Shown piece by piece: positions 63,267 through 64,000 of a DNA stretch of 64,000 nt (position 1 is the stretch's first letter; every line of letters begins with the position of its first letter). Below the pieces are notes generated by a model, which worked only from the letters and a program-made list of their open reading frames with translations, had not been told where the DNA came from and did no database searches. Origin of the DNA: Botryllus schlosseri (Eukaryota); NCBI GenBank assembly GCA_051294905.1, contig CM119372.1, positions 37,326,001 through 37,390,000 of the forward strand. The letters are read 5' to 3'. A program made the position numbers and the translations under genes.

Positions 63267-64000
63267 CATTAGATAAAGTAAGTCAGGAATCTCTGCTATA
63301 TCATGTAAAAGGCGGAGCCGTCATCACACAATGTACCAGTACCGGTACTTGAACAATTGCTATATTTTTGTTAGCCTATTTGTCTTAGTTAGTCTTTATA
63401 ATATCATGTCTAGGTTAGGAACTTTTGCCAATATAGCGACTTACGCATGAATTCTTTTTAGTGGATCTGCAAGATACTAGTTACACAGAAGAAATGAGGA
63501 CGAGAAAAAGAAACAATTGGAAGTTTGGCCGATGGTGGGAGACCACTCGTGTTACTGCATGTCTCCTAACGAAGAATTAGACCTCCAGCAGCGATACTTT
63601 TACATCGATAACCTTCTCATCGTGAATCGTGAATGAATATACAGTTTGTTCCAGTGTAGTTTTGGGGGTGTGAAGTAGCTTTTGCGATATTTTAGCATAG
63701 GGTTGCTTTGCGATAGGTATGGGATGTACGTGAATTTACAAGCTGGTATGTAATCCTGATTTACACAGACAGAATGTATGTAGGTAGGCGGTAAAATTAC
63801 AGTCTCAGTGGCAAATATACAGGAGAACATGTAGATTGGGTATACCGGAGGTGACTGTAACATTACAGTCTGGCATGTAAAGTGAGATTACCGGACGAGT
63901 GTAAGTTAAATTTACATTGACTAACGGTAATGTCACATTACCACGAAATCTCTGGCTACCGTGCTTCCAAACATTTCGCGGTAAATCGAGGTTTTTTTTA

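Larger units (their letters stand above)
59346..64000 (+). mobile_element. Non-autonomous CACTG-ended (EnSpm/CACTA-like) element, copy 2, right terminus at the window edge
   Basis: Starts CACTGTAAAAAA. It is a direct repeat of 15757-19306, and the window ends inside the right TIR (ggtaaatcgaggtttttttta). Confidence 0.72.

Noticed and set aside
741..63863. Most of the short 60-140 aa ORFs in the track
   Set aside because: They fall inside MITEs, are antisense or alternative-frame shadows of real exons, or start at non-ATG codons, and show no recognisable domains.

Overview
This is AT-rich, intron-containing eukaryotic DNA. It looks like an invertebrate, plausibly an ascidian, but that is inference only. 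It holds two spliced + strand genes. One is a 10-exon PLP-dependent class-V aminotransferase / cysteine-desulfurase-like gene (35432-48703, about 706 aa). The other is a 3-exon sepiapterin-reductase-like SDR (54135-58489, about 275 aa). Each model needs one GC-AG intron. Most of the remainder is a layered transposon landscape: a young 5'-truncated I-group LINE flanked by a perfect 137-bp direct repeat; an ISL2EU-like THAP transposon relic inside a probable four-level nest; a Chapaev3 relic ending 137 bp before the desulfurase ATG; two copies of a roughly 4-kb non-autonomous CACTG-ended element with different secondary insertions; two near-perfect 570-670 bp palindromic elements; and many hAT MITEs with 8-bp TSDs. 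I saw no rRNA, tRNA or CRISPR. All family assignments come from motif recognition by eye, not database searches.
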